From Eledone cirrhosa (Eukaryota): 64,000 bases of DNA. The notes under the pieces are model-generated. The model made no database searches and was not told the origin of the DNA. It was given only the letters and a program-made list of their open reading frames with translations. Positions 1 to 11,347 of this stretch are shown piece by piece (the stretch's first letter is position 1; each line of letters opens with the position of its first letter). Where the stretch lies: positions 207,266,001 through 207,330,000 of the forward strand of contig OZ024742.1 in NCBI GenBank assembly GCA_964016885.1, read 5' to 3'. A program made the translations under genes and the position numbers.

Positions 1-899
1 TTTCGATCGGAGGTCGCTTGGTCAGCGCTGAGCTGGGATTAGACAATAATAGTAACAGTGTTGTACTTGATATCTGCAAAGAAATCGGTTGCATCCATTA
101 GGAAAAACTTCAAGCTTACCTATGAACTACATCTGTCTCTTATGTTTTGAATCATAAACTGAACCATTGCAACGTGGACCGGTGTCGGCTATCTATCAAC
201 TTTGCTATACTCCAGACATAACATGTACCTAATCATAACATTCACATAATTTATGGTATGATATACGACTATGCCAGACATAACATACATATAATTGATG
301 AACAATAACCTTGAGAGCATCATTCAATGATGACAATTCAACCTCTATTTGAACATGTAATTAATTCCGTGTGTCTCGTAAGACGAAGATCTCTATCTGG
401 AAATTTCTTGCTCAACGCACAAGACTAAGAAAGGTTTTGTGCGTGTGTACAGAAAACCAGTAAATGCCCATGCATGCAAGTAACTTGATTTTACGCGGCC
501 AACTTTGTCCAAAAGAGAAGTAAAAACCAATACAGCTTGGAACCAGTGTCGTTTCAAACTTTGTCATCACATCACAAATGGCTCGAAGCGATACCAAAAT
601 GTATCTTATTCGGCGTTCTAATAATTCAACATATCCAAAGCCTGGGATTGATACCTTATTTATGGACTCCAAAAGGATAAACGGCAAATTTAAATTCGGC
701 ACTATTTCCTCTAGGTAACACTTAAACTCACAGCGTACAGATTCAAAACAAATAACGTGGCTCGTTAAATCTGACACTCTAAGGACTTAGCCAATTCATT
801 GTATTCATCATGAACATCAAACAAACAACTAAACTAATCCAAACTGCTACAACTGCTACACCTCACAAAATCTGATGAATTCACATCGTCGCACCAAGT

Positions 900-1330
900 A
901 TATAACGTTGCTAAAACTGCATCACGAACATTCTACCTTCTCTCGGGTCAAGAAATATTTCAGCTTTGATCAATTACTAGCCATATATACTCAAATAAGA
1001 CGTACATTGGAGAACTATTTAGATCAATGGGATGATAATGCTGCAACACACACAAACATCCTTGATTGCATCCAAAAGAATGCCACTCGGCTAATTAGTA
1101 AGTATCTAATGACTAACATGTTTCATCTACTAACTTATAGATGTGCTATCTCTTCTATCAGCCTTACCTGTCACTATACTTAAATGGTTTATAATTCTAT
1201 GATTCAACTTGCCAAATATATTCTCTCCACCCATGTCACACCCTTCATTTTTTTCTCTCATTTTTCGCATTATCCTTGATGTATGCGTGGCTCACTTCCA
1301 AGCGACCGCACTAAACATTTCACCTTATCC
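900..1330 (+). mobile_element. Highly decayed LINE 3' fragment (CR1/Jockey-group RT C-terminus)
   Basis: ORF 875-1183 reads KKYFSFDQLLAIYTQIRRTLEN...LDCIQKNATRLI...LTYRCAISSISL, resembling the 'LYKAQIRP.LEY...LD.IQ.RA.RLI...L.HRR' tail of CR1/Jockey-group ORF2. Confidence 0.5.
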
Positions 1331-1339
1331 TCAATCAAT

Positions 1340-1500
<161 letters not shown>

Positions 1501-1683
1501 CCACACACAAACACACACCGAATAGCTTTACCTACGTAACTGCAGATATTTAAACTGAATATGCAACTGCGACAATCTCACCGATCAGAAATCGCCGTTA
1601 AAGATTAAAGGTGCAGCCCAACCTTCTTTTACTATCACACACAAATACAAACGTGCGCACTCAAACAACCACACATACATACA

Positions 1684-1686
<3 letters not shown>

Positions 1687-1779
<93 letters not shown>

Positions 1780-1790
1780 TATATATATAT
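1687..1790. repeat. (TA)n microsatellite
   Basis: Direct reading. Confidence 0.98.
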
Positions 1791-1928
1791 AACGAAGGAA
1801 ATATGGTAAGGAACCAGGTGGACCATAACGCACCAAAGTACTCAATACTTAGGGTAGTAGAGTGGGTAATAGGAACGAGTAGGACGCCGACGGCTGAGCT
1901 CAAGCCGTTTCGACGGCTAATTCTCCGA

Positions 1929-1931
<3 letters not shown>
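1791..1931 (-). mobile_element. Short PLE terminal-repeat fragment (family A) with the 3' half of a hammerhead, in (TA)n
   Basis: Near-identical to 49000-49135 and 51322-51460; minus strand GCCGTC-GAAAC-GGC-TTGAGCTCA-GCC-GTC; (TA)n on both sides. Confidence 0.7.
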
Positions 1932-1964
<33 letters not shown>

Positions 1965-2310
1965 GATGGCTGCCCCCTCGTTATCAAGTATCGTCATTGC
2001 ACGAAAAAAAACAACATAATAATGACAATAATAATAATATATATATATATATTGGAAAATGTGTGAGATCCTTGGTACAGCTAGGTGTATTTGAAAAAAA
2101 CGAATGCGAAAATGTTCTCCAACCAAAGTTATTCAGGAATCTTTAAAATTCTTCCCACTGAAGTTAACAAAGAACTTACCAGATCTACCAACTCATAATA
2201 TTATAATATTATAAAATTAAATCAAAATCTTTTAGCACTACAAGTGAAGTCATTCTTTTCCTTTTTTTTCAAATATATATATATACACACACACACACAC
2301 GCGATAACAA

Positions 2311-5300
2311 TTAACAGTGCTGCGATTGAATGTGGCTTTTTAGCACAGCTAATGATCCAAAAGGTCTTGCACAGAGTTGGCAACCAAAACATTTACTGGG
2401 AATAGCCGGCTGTGGTTGGAGTTCATGTACTTTTCATGTCGTTTGAGCCCTCCTGCTGATTTACATTCTCTACCACATGCTTGGCAAGCATGATGAGTAG
2501 CATCTCCAACCGCAGCCTGGTAGTCGATCACTGATCTCACTTTATGACTGCGAAGATGACTTTCGAGGCCAGCTTTGTTGAGGCAGAGTCTCGCACAGAC
2601 GCTGTATGTCAGCGCCATAGGAGGACCTTCGCTGTCTAGAAATGCAACATCAATGCCCTTCCTCACATCCCTTTTTACTTTCTCGTATGCGATTCGAGAT
2701 GCCTCAAAGGCATCTTTCCCCTCATATACAGTCTTTCTCCATTTATTACGATCAACAGCAACATTTTCCCATGTATCAGCAGAGATGTTAGCGTGTTTCA
2801 AAGAGGCTTTCAACGAATCCTTATACCTCTTTTTTGGTTTATGTGGAGGTCGTTTTCTTTAACTAAATCTCCATAAAAGAGTTGTTTTGGTATTCTAGAA
2901 TCTTTCATCCTGGCAAGATGACCACTCCAACGTAGTCTTTGCTTAAGTACAAGAGCTTTAATACTGTCACACAGAGAGCCTTCCAAAATCTCGATATCAC
3001 TGATGTGGTCCCTCCAGTGAACGCCATGGATCTGTATGAGACACATCTGATGGAAACGCTGCAATTGTTTAAGCTGGTGTCAATATGTCACTCAGGTCTC
3101 GTGGGCACAAAGAAGAGAAGAGAGCACACATGCCTTGTACACCTTTACCTTTGTCTTCTTGCATATGTCTCGTGACCCCAGAATCGCCTTTCTAGCTTTC
3201 CGAAAGCATCACTTGCTTTCCTAATCCTAAGTGAGATTTCACTGTCAAGGTTGCTGTATCGATTGACAGTCTTTCCCAGGTAGATAAACTGATCAACCAC
3301 TCCAAGTCGTTTACCATACACATAATTATTTGGCTCACTGTACTGCTTACCAGGGGCAGGTTGGTACATGACGACGGTTTTCTGTGAGAATAACAATCAA
3401 TCCTAGGGCAGTGCAAGCATCAGAAAATGCATTGAAAATGTGCTGCATATCACTCTCTGTGTGCGATACAAGATCGCAATCATCTGCACACAAGAGGTCT
3501 CTTATGATTGATGTAAATACTTTTGTTTTTGCAGCAAGGCGCCTGATGTTAAATATGCTGCCTGAGGTTCGATATTGGATGTAAACACCATTCTCACAAT
3601 ACCTGAATGCAATATAGAAAGCCATTCCAAAGTATATGGTAAACAGGGTCGGTGCTGGAATATCCCCCTGTTTCATTCCATTTTTTACTGAGATAGGCTC
3701 CGACATGTTACCTCCGACATTAACCCAAGCCTTCATGTCGTCATGGAAAGACATAACCAAAGCAAGGAACTTATCAGGACAACCAAGTTATTGTAGAAGC
3801 TTCCACAATGCAATTCTGTTAACAGTGTCGAAAGCCTTTGTCAGATCGACAAAAACCTGATACAGATCCAAACCTTGTTCCATGCACTTCTCCTGGAGCT
3901 GTCTAGCTGAGAAGATCATATCAGTAGTGCCGCGTCCAGCCCGAAAACTAGATTGACTTTCGGGAAGAACACAATCTGCAATATGTGTCAGCAGACGGTC
4001 CAGAAACACACTACATAAATTTTTCCTACGACAGATAGCAATGATATACCTCTGTAATTTCCATAATCATTCTTGTTACACTTACCCTTGTACAAGACCA
4101 CCATTACTGCATCCCTCCAGTCCTCAGGTACGGATTCACTAGCCCATATCCTGCCAAACAAAGAGTGAAGATGTTGCAGAAGTCTCTCACCACCATATTG
4201 TAGGAGCTCTGCATGTATGCCATCCATATTAGAGACCTTCCACTGTTCTGCTTCGATATAGCTACTGCGACCTCCATAAGCGTCGGTGGTTCTGCGAGAA
4301 CTACTTTCACAGGTTTTTCAGGAATGAAATTGAGGAAATCTTCATTGACTACAGACGGCTGACTCAAAAGTTCATCAAAGTGCTCTCGCCACCTTCGTAG
4401 AATTCCTTGTGAGTCACGAAGAAGTTCCTTGCCATCCTTGCTGCGAAGCTGTGTCACCAGAGAAGAATACGGTCCGTAAACTTCACGCAAGAGACTATTC
4501 AACAGCTTTGTGTTATTGGAATCTGATGCAGTTTGTATCTCATCAGCCTTCTCACTCCACCCCTGATCCTTCATCTGAGAAAGACTCCGCCTAACACGTG
4601 ATTTCACAGCTTTGAGTTCTTTATGCAACATATTGTTCTCTCGTAGATTTGCTGACAAGTAGCCTAACAGAGCACGCCTCTTATCAGCCAACAAGACATC
4701 TATATGTTCATCATTCTCGTTAAACCCGTCTTGATGTTTTCTCTGCACCAGAACACGTCTGTCTACATCATAAAACGACGTTTTAAGGGTCGGCCAATCC
4801 TCACCAGGATCTGCAACATGCATCTCTTCTTGCAATGTCCTCTTCACATTTTTATCTCTAAGACGAACAGCATTCAATCTTCTGGGCAGGGTAACATCAG
4901 GAGCCCGGATTTTACGTTTAGTGATTAGTTTCACCCGACAAGGACGTAGTCCAAAAGATGCCATTCCTTAGATGCAGGCTGCATCCATGTGGTCTTAAAT
5001 TTGTTCTTTTGCTGGAACATGGTGTTGGTAACACACAGATACAGCACCTCACATATCTGCAGCAGGAGCATACCATTGTTTTTACACTTTCCCACCCCAT
5101 GCCTTCCGATTACATTGCATGTGTTAAAATCCCTACCCACCCTAGCATTAAAGTCACGAAAGATGACATTGTCTGCCTGAGGGATTTTTCTTAAAACACC
5201 CTTCAAGGCATGGTAAAAAACAATGTTTCTTCATCGACAGAATTCATAGTTGAAACATACACACTCACCAGCGTCACATATCTTCCTTTGTACAGCGGAA

Positions 5301-5610
5301 TTCTAATGGACATAAGACGCTCACTAATCCCCACTGAGAATTCTTCTAATTTATCCACAAGAACAGTCTTAACAGCAAATACTACCCCAGCCTCTCTTCT
5401 GGTTGCTTCATCCCTTCGTTTCCAGAAGAATGTATATTCTCCACAAAATGCTGTAAGATGACCATCTCAAGCTAACCTCTGCTCAGATAAAACTACGATG
5501 ACGAGATCGTAACGTCGAAGCTCCTTTGCAACAAGAGCGGTCCTTCGTTCAGGACGTTCCAAGGAATCCATGTCAAGCAGTGTCCGTACGTTCCAGCAGC
5601 CAATATTAAA
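2311..5610 (-). mobile_element. RTE-clade LINE, near full-length APE-RT ORF, pseudogenised
   Basis: APE start IGCWNVRTLLD..RPERRTALVAKELRRY at ~5600; DFNARVG; WHLLDYVL; NYRGISLLSVVGK; FVDLTKAFDTV; GMKQGD..APTLF; LLCADDC; RLRWSGHLARM; many frameshifts; C-terminal C2H2 fingers, stop at 2311-2313. Confidence 0.93.
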
Positions 5611-5787
5611 TGCCTAGTTTGGCTCTATTACAGTGGCACGATGACGAAAGGGCCCAGGCTGTGATACCCTGGGGGACCCTGCCCTTATTGCACATTATCT
5701 CGTTTGTTCCAGAACCCTTATTACCAATAATCTCTATTATATTGTTTTGGAATATGATTGAATTTGAAAAAAAAGTAATAATAATAA

Positions 5788-5880
5788 TAATTGTTTCTAC
5801 TATTGGCACAAGGCCAGCAATTACCCAGTACATTACTGGTACAGGGTAATTGCTGGCCTTGTGCCAATACTTGAAACAAT
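5788..5880. repeat. Head-to-head SINE 3' tails forming a short palindrome
   Basis: attgtttctactattggcacaaggccagcaattaccc...gggtaattgctggccttgtgccaatacttgaaacaat; matches the SINE tail elsewhere in the window. Confidence 0.75.
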
Positions 5881-5922
5881 AATAATAATAATAATAATAA
5901 TATTAATAATAATATTAATAAT

Positions 5923-8900
5923 GCTTTCTTTATTAACCATAAGGGTTTATATAAAGTAGACATTAAGGACAGTACAGGACAATACAGGACGGTACAAATG
6001 GGCATTTCTGCGTGAAAAAAAAAACAGAGGATGTAATAAAAAAATAACAATGAAAAATTCCCCAATAGGGGGGAGACCTCCGAGGGACATTTTTGGAGAA
6101 AGCCCATTAAAAGGCCACAGTGACCCTGATCACCAGGGCAAATGCCCTCTCCCAGTTTTCCACCATTAATTTACAGACACATACTCAGAGTAGGCCCATT
6201 CACTCGGGCCATACTTGCTTCTCTCACCCATCTTTCAACAAAATGCTGGGAAGAGAGCACTTCCCTCTCTACCCTGATTTTCCTTTTCAAATGAAATTTG
6301 AAAAAGTTAATCAGGGCATCACCGAAGAGGTAAGTGCTCGTCTTCAGCCCTTTCAAACGTGTCCACCATACTATCTCTTTCGCCATGGTCACCAGACAGA
6401 TAAAAACTGCCTGCCCTTCCCGGCTAAAGGAAGAGGGCGGGGCAATCCTCACGATGGACTCAGCTGGCAGCTGGATCCGTCCTACACGTGACAGCAGGTG
6501 TTCGACATAAACCCACAAGTCAGCAATGCTCGGACACTGGACGAGTGCGTGCAGGACGGTTTCGTCGCCCTGGGCGCATCTCGGACATGCCCGGCTAACG
6601 GCGCCTCCATGCCTGTAGAGTTTATCCCGAACAGGCAAAGCTCCTCGGTAGCACTGCCAGGCCAGGGATTTCTGGAAGTTGTCCATAGGCCTCGGCCCGG
6701 AAGTCCTTCCGAAGAGATTGGCTAGTTGATTTTCGTCGACGCTTAGAGTTTCTCCAAGTACGTCGTCGCTCTTCACCTCCACTAATCCTCTATAGAAAGC
6801 CAAAGTGGAGCTTCCACCGATCACATTGCCCGATTGGTCGAGGGCTGTGAGCGCCTGAAGACATTCCAGTCTCCAAGCGCTCCCTCTCGGTCTTCGCTTG
6901 ACCCAGGACTGCAGCTCCGTCAAGGAGACGAGCTGGGTAAAGATGTGTCTAGCAAACAGCAACCACTCCTGATCACCGAGAGGAAGAGGTGGAGATGTCG
7001 TAGTCTGAGCGCGTGTCCGCGCATCATCAGCCACGGCATGCCCAGCCCTCCACGTAGCGGGTGTTGACAGCAGATGGACCGCCTGACCATCGGAGCGCGT
7101 CCCTTCCACAATAAGCGAAAGAGCAAACGCTCCAGCTCACTCAGGTAGGGCTTAGGACAAGGTACGACGGTCAGGCGGTAGTAGATGACGGACGCGATGT
7201 ACGCGTTAGCCACCTCCGCTCGACCTTTCAAGGATAGCTTCCTCTCCGCCCATTTCTGGGTGAGAGAAGCCACCCTGCTCGTCACCTCGTCCCAGTATTT
7301 GTCCGTCTGGAGGTCCGGACCGAACCAGACCCTTAGCAATTTAACCGCTCCGTCCTTCCAGCGCCCGACGACGCTGTTGGACGGCATGGAACTACCTCCC
7401 CAGCTGCCGAGCTGCAGGCCCATTGACTTTTCCTGGTTGATCATTGCTCCTGTGACCACTTCGTATTCCCTTAGTGTAGTGCCGATCGCCTCGATGTGTT
7501 TGGCGTTCGACACCACTACGGTGACATCATCCGCATATGCTGACACGGATCTTCCGCATCCTAGTTCGCGCGGGATCCCCCTCAACGTCTCCAGTTTTTG
7601 CAATAATGGCTCGAGAGTCAATACGTACAAGATGGACGAGAGGGGACATCCTTGGCGGACCGAGCGCATGATGTTGAACGGTTCCGAAAGGTGACCGTTC
7701 ACTCTCACAACAGAGCAGATATCGCTGTGCATGGCAGGGATCCAGCTTCTGAAGACGGGCCCAAAGCCAGCTGCCCTCAGGACTGCCGCTAGGTAACGAT
7801 TGTCGACCCTATCGAAAGCTTTCGACTGATCTAATTAGATGGATCTGTCGGGAATGGCGAATGTCTGCGCCTCTCCCACCAGACCACCAACGACAAGCGC
7901 CAACCTCTTTGCTAACACCTTGGTCAAAATCTTGTACTCTGTGTCTAACGGAGTTATGGGCCTGAAATTATCTATGTTATCCCCCTTGTTCGGATCCTTT
8001 CTCAGCAGCGCCACAGCTCTTCGGCTTACAGAGCAGGGAATTCTCCCGTTTTGTTGCCAGTTGCAGTAGACGTCCGCCAAGAGGCCTCCGAACATCTGGA
8101 ATTTGGCATCTATACCAGGCGATTTACCCCTTGTGCAGCCAGTCATTGTCTCCCGTACTTCAGCGGCTGTTATCGGCTTTTCGCAACACTCCGCCTCAGT
8201 GGCCGAGAGCCGTGGCAGTCCGTCGAGGTAGACACTATAGTCCATCCGTCGATTCGGCCCGCCGCTGCCCCCGAACAGCTGGGCGAAGTGGCGCTGGAAA
8301 GCTTCACAAATTTGCCCGGGATCGAGTAGCATGCGCCCGTCGTGGTCCACCAAAGACCGGATTGTGGCTTTGTTGCCACGACGCGCCTCCGCCACTCGGG
8401 CCCATTGAACGGCTTTCGTCCCCAAGTGTCTGAGAGCACGCACCCTAGCTCAGACAACGCAGCCTTCGTGCTTTGCATTGAAGAATTGGTCAAGGGCCAA
8501 TTTCGCCGCAAGTACGTCGGTCGCGATGCTTTCCTAAGCGCCTCGTCTAATTGTCTAACTAATTCTCCCCCTGCTCTATTTTTCTCTATTGCTAAAGCCT
8601 TACTAAATCTAATGGACTCTATTCTAATTGCTCTTTTCAGAGCAAACCACCACTTGTTGTTGGCGATGGCCCCCGTCAACGCCCGCTTAACTAGTTCGCT
8701 AATCCGGTCTCTATAGGCCTTGTGCGCTGGTAAGGACGCGTTTAGCTTCCAGTAGCCGGGTCCTCGTCTATGAAGCCTATCTAAGTCAAGCACACAGATC
8801 ACGAATTTGTGGTCCGTGTAGCTGACTATCTTGAATTGTGGACAGCCTATGCTAGATCTATCTATTTCCTTACAAAATACTCTATCTAGATATGATCTGG

Positions 8901-10140
8901 ATGACCCTATTCGATTTGTCCAAGTCCACATTGGCATATTCAGGAAATCCAATCGGTACCTTTCAGACAGTACAAAACGCCTGAGCAGGTTGGTGAGGCT
9001 CTTGCACCCTCCTCCCCTATTCGCTGATCCCACACAGTCCCAGCGTGCATCTAAGATCCCGTTCCAGTCGCCACTAACACTAAAGAGCGGGACGCTCCAA
9101 GAAAGGTCTCCAGACGCCGGAAGAAATCATCCGCCCTGCTCCTGTCGGGGCATAGACGGCGACTAGCCTGAAAACTTGCCCGTCTCCGCTGGTCACGTCC
9201 AGCACCACCATCTTACCTTCTTGGTCCTGGAATGTCCAAACCTCTCCAAAAAAGCACAGCAACTCCTTCCCCCGATCCCGCACGGCTGGGAGATGCGTAC
9301 ACATCGTAGCCGCTGAAGATCGGTGCGAAGGCCCGTGCTTCGGAGATTCTGGTCTCGCTGATGGCCACTACATCTATGTTTAGTGACCTGAGGTCGTTGA
9401 GCAGGTGGCCCTGCTTCCATGCCGACCCCAAGCCACGCGCATTTATGCTGCCTATTCTGAGTGAGGTCATGTTGAAATGGAGTGGAAAAGATGGGAAAGA
9501 CCACTTACCTTACTTCTCGTAGAGGAAGGATGGTTTCTCCATCCCTTTTCACGTCGAATCGTCCCTTCGGCTGGTCGTCGGCTCTTCTGTGAGTATATCC
9601 GAAGATACTCTTCGGTTGAGTGTCCCTCCTAGGTCTCTGATATCACCAACTGCGTTGGGAATTTCATTTTACTGTTTGTGTATTGTTTCTGTGATATTCT
9701 TACCAGTCTTATGTTCGTTGGTGTTTTGATTGGTGCTGGTATTATGTAGTCGTGCTGTGAAATGTCTGTGTTTAATTATGTATGTCATTAGTTTCTTGTT
9801 GTGTGTATTTATTGCTGTGCATTTGTTTTTCTGGGGGTGGGGTGTGGTTCAGCTATTTTCTCGTTGTTGTTGCAGGGTGTGTGTGTTTTGTTGTTGTGTT
9901 TGCGATGTTGGTGCTTGTGATGGTGGTGTTGAAGGTGTTGTTGTTGTTTGCGTTGGGGTTGCCGCCGGTGGTGATAGTGGTGCTAGTGTGGGTGGTGATG
10001 GTGTTTGTGGTGTTGCTGCTGTAAGTCTCTTTGCAGTAGCCTTTTCCCTTTTTTCATTTCTTTTCTCCCTTTTCGAAGGCGACGATGCGCTGCTTCTGCG
10101 TTTGTGCCTTCTTGCGACCTTTTGCCATCCCTCTCCCACC
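5923..10140 (-). mobile_element. Tx1-clade L1 retrotransposon, subfamily 1 (3' part of ORF1 plus complete but frameshifted ORF2: APE-RT-zinc knuckle)
   Basis: ORF2 start 9470 IGSINARGL..ISET; YLDRVF, TDHK, GPGYWKLN, NFRPITPLD, DQSKAFDRVD, VRQGCPLS, AYADDV, GGLGMP, CPRC..ETVLHALVQC; stop 6171; 3' end AATAAAGAAAGC abutting (ATT)n. Confidence 0.93.
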
Positions 10141-10153
10141 TAATAATAATAAT

Positions 10154-11220
10154 ACTGATCTAAAGCTTGATACCCAGGCCGGACAGACGAAAGAAACTGT
10201 TGCAACTGATGCTGCTAGGCACATCAAATCACTGGCAAAAGCAAAAGGGCAAGGACAATTAGCATCAAATTGGGAGCAGAAACATCTGCATGGCAAATAT
10301 GTCGCCCGTAGCAAACAAGCTGATGTTGACCAAAAGCACACCCATCAGTGGCTACGTAGTTCAGGGCTAAAGGCGGAGAGTGAAGGCTTCATCTTAGCTG
10401 CCCTAGATCAAAGCTTATTGACTCGTAATTACCAGGCCAATGTGATGAGAAACGGAATAAACCGAAAGTGCCGATTCTGCAATGCTGGGGTTGAAACAGT
10501 GGATCATTTAGTCTCTGCATGTACAGTTTTAGCACCAGTAGAATACAAATATAGACATGACAGAGTTGGTCAATATCTACACTGGGTAATATGTCGGCAT
10601 TACAAAATCAAAGCTGAAGACAAGTGGTACAATCATCACCCTGAGGCTGTAATTGAAGGAGAAAAAGTAACAATTCTCGGGGACTTTCCTGTACATACTG
10701 ACAGGACCATAAAAGGAAATAGACCTGACATCATTGTAAAAGATCAACATAACAAGGTCTGTTTATTGATAGATATGAGCATCCCATGTGATCACAATAT
10801 CACAGCCAAAGAATTTGACAAGCTACGAAAATATAAAGATCTGCTTATTGAAATTGAGAAAATGTGGCACCTCAAGGCCGTTACAATACCAGTGATTCTG
10901 GGAGGACTGGGAATGATCAAGAAAGGAACAGAAAAATATTTGCGAATGATTCCTGGTTTACCCTCTCTGCACGAGGTGCAAAAAATTGTTTTGACTGGTA
11001 CTGCACACGTATTGAGAAGAGTACTATCTCTGTAAGATTGATATCCCTCGTATTTACATATGTATATGCACATGTGTATATATGTATACTGTTTTTTGTT
11101 TAGATTATAATCAATATGCTATATTAACTGGCTTACCAATGCACACTGTGAATTTATTTGCCCTAGGTGTCAGGAAGACACTCGTCATATATCTCAGAAA
11201 CAATAATGAAAGAAAATAAA
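10154..11220 (+). mobile_element. R4/Dong-type (R2 group) non-LTR retrotransposon, 5'-truncated: zinc knuckle plus restriction-like endonuclease
   Basis: LHGKY, ESEGFILAALDQSLLTR, CRFC..ETVDHLVSAC (CCHC), RHD, RPDII..LIDMSIP..K..KYKDL (PD-D/ExK); (TAA)n on both sides, as established for Dong-type elements. Confidence 0.88.
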
Positions 11221-11347
11221 AATAATAATAATAATCACCCTCATGCCACCCCAAAAGTTGCATAGCAACAACTTTTTCCCTTTCAATTTCTCCAGAAATG
11301 ATTATAGCAGTTAGGGACAGATGGAGTTAAATGCACACCTACTAGAC

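Noticed and set aside
412-777. 121-aa minus-strand ORF in non-repetitive DNA
   Set aside because: No recognisable motif or splice evidence; consistent with chance
7185-8716. Long plus-strand ORFs opposite Tx1 ORF2 (and antisense ORFs at 56.4-61.7 kb)
   Set aside because: These are antisense shadows of GC-rich retrotransposon coding sequence
10085-11035. 316-aa ORF as a single gene
   Set aside because: It is a chance read-through from the antisense Tx1 end across (AAT)n into the R4/Dong fragment; only the part after ~10154 is meaningful
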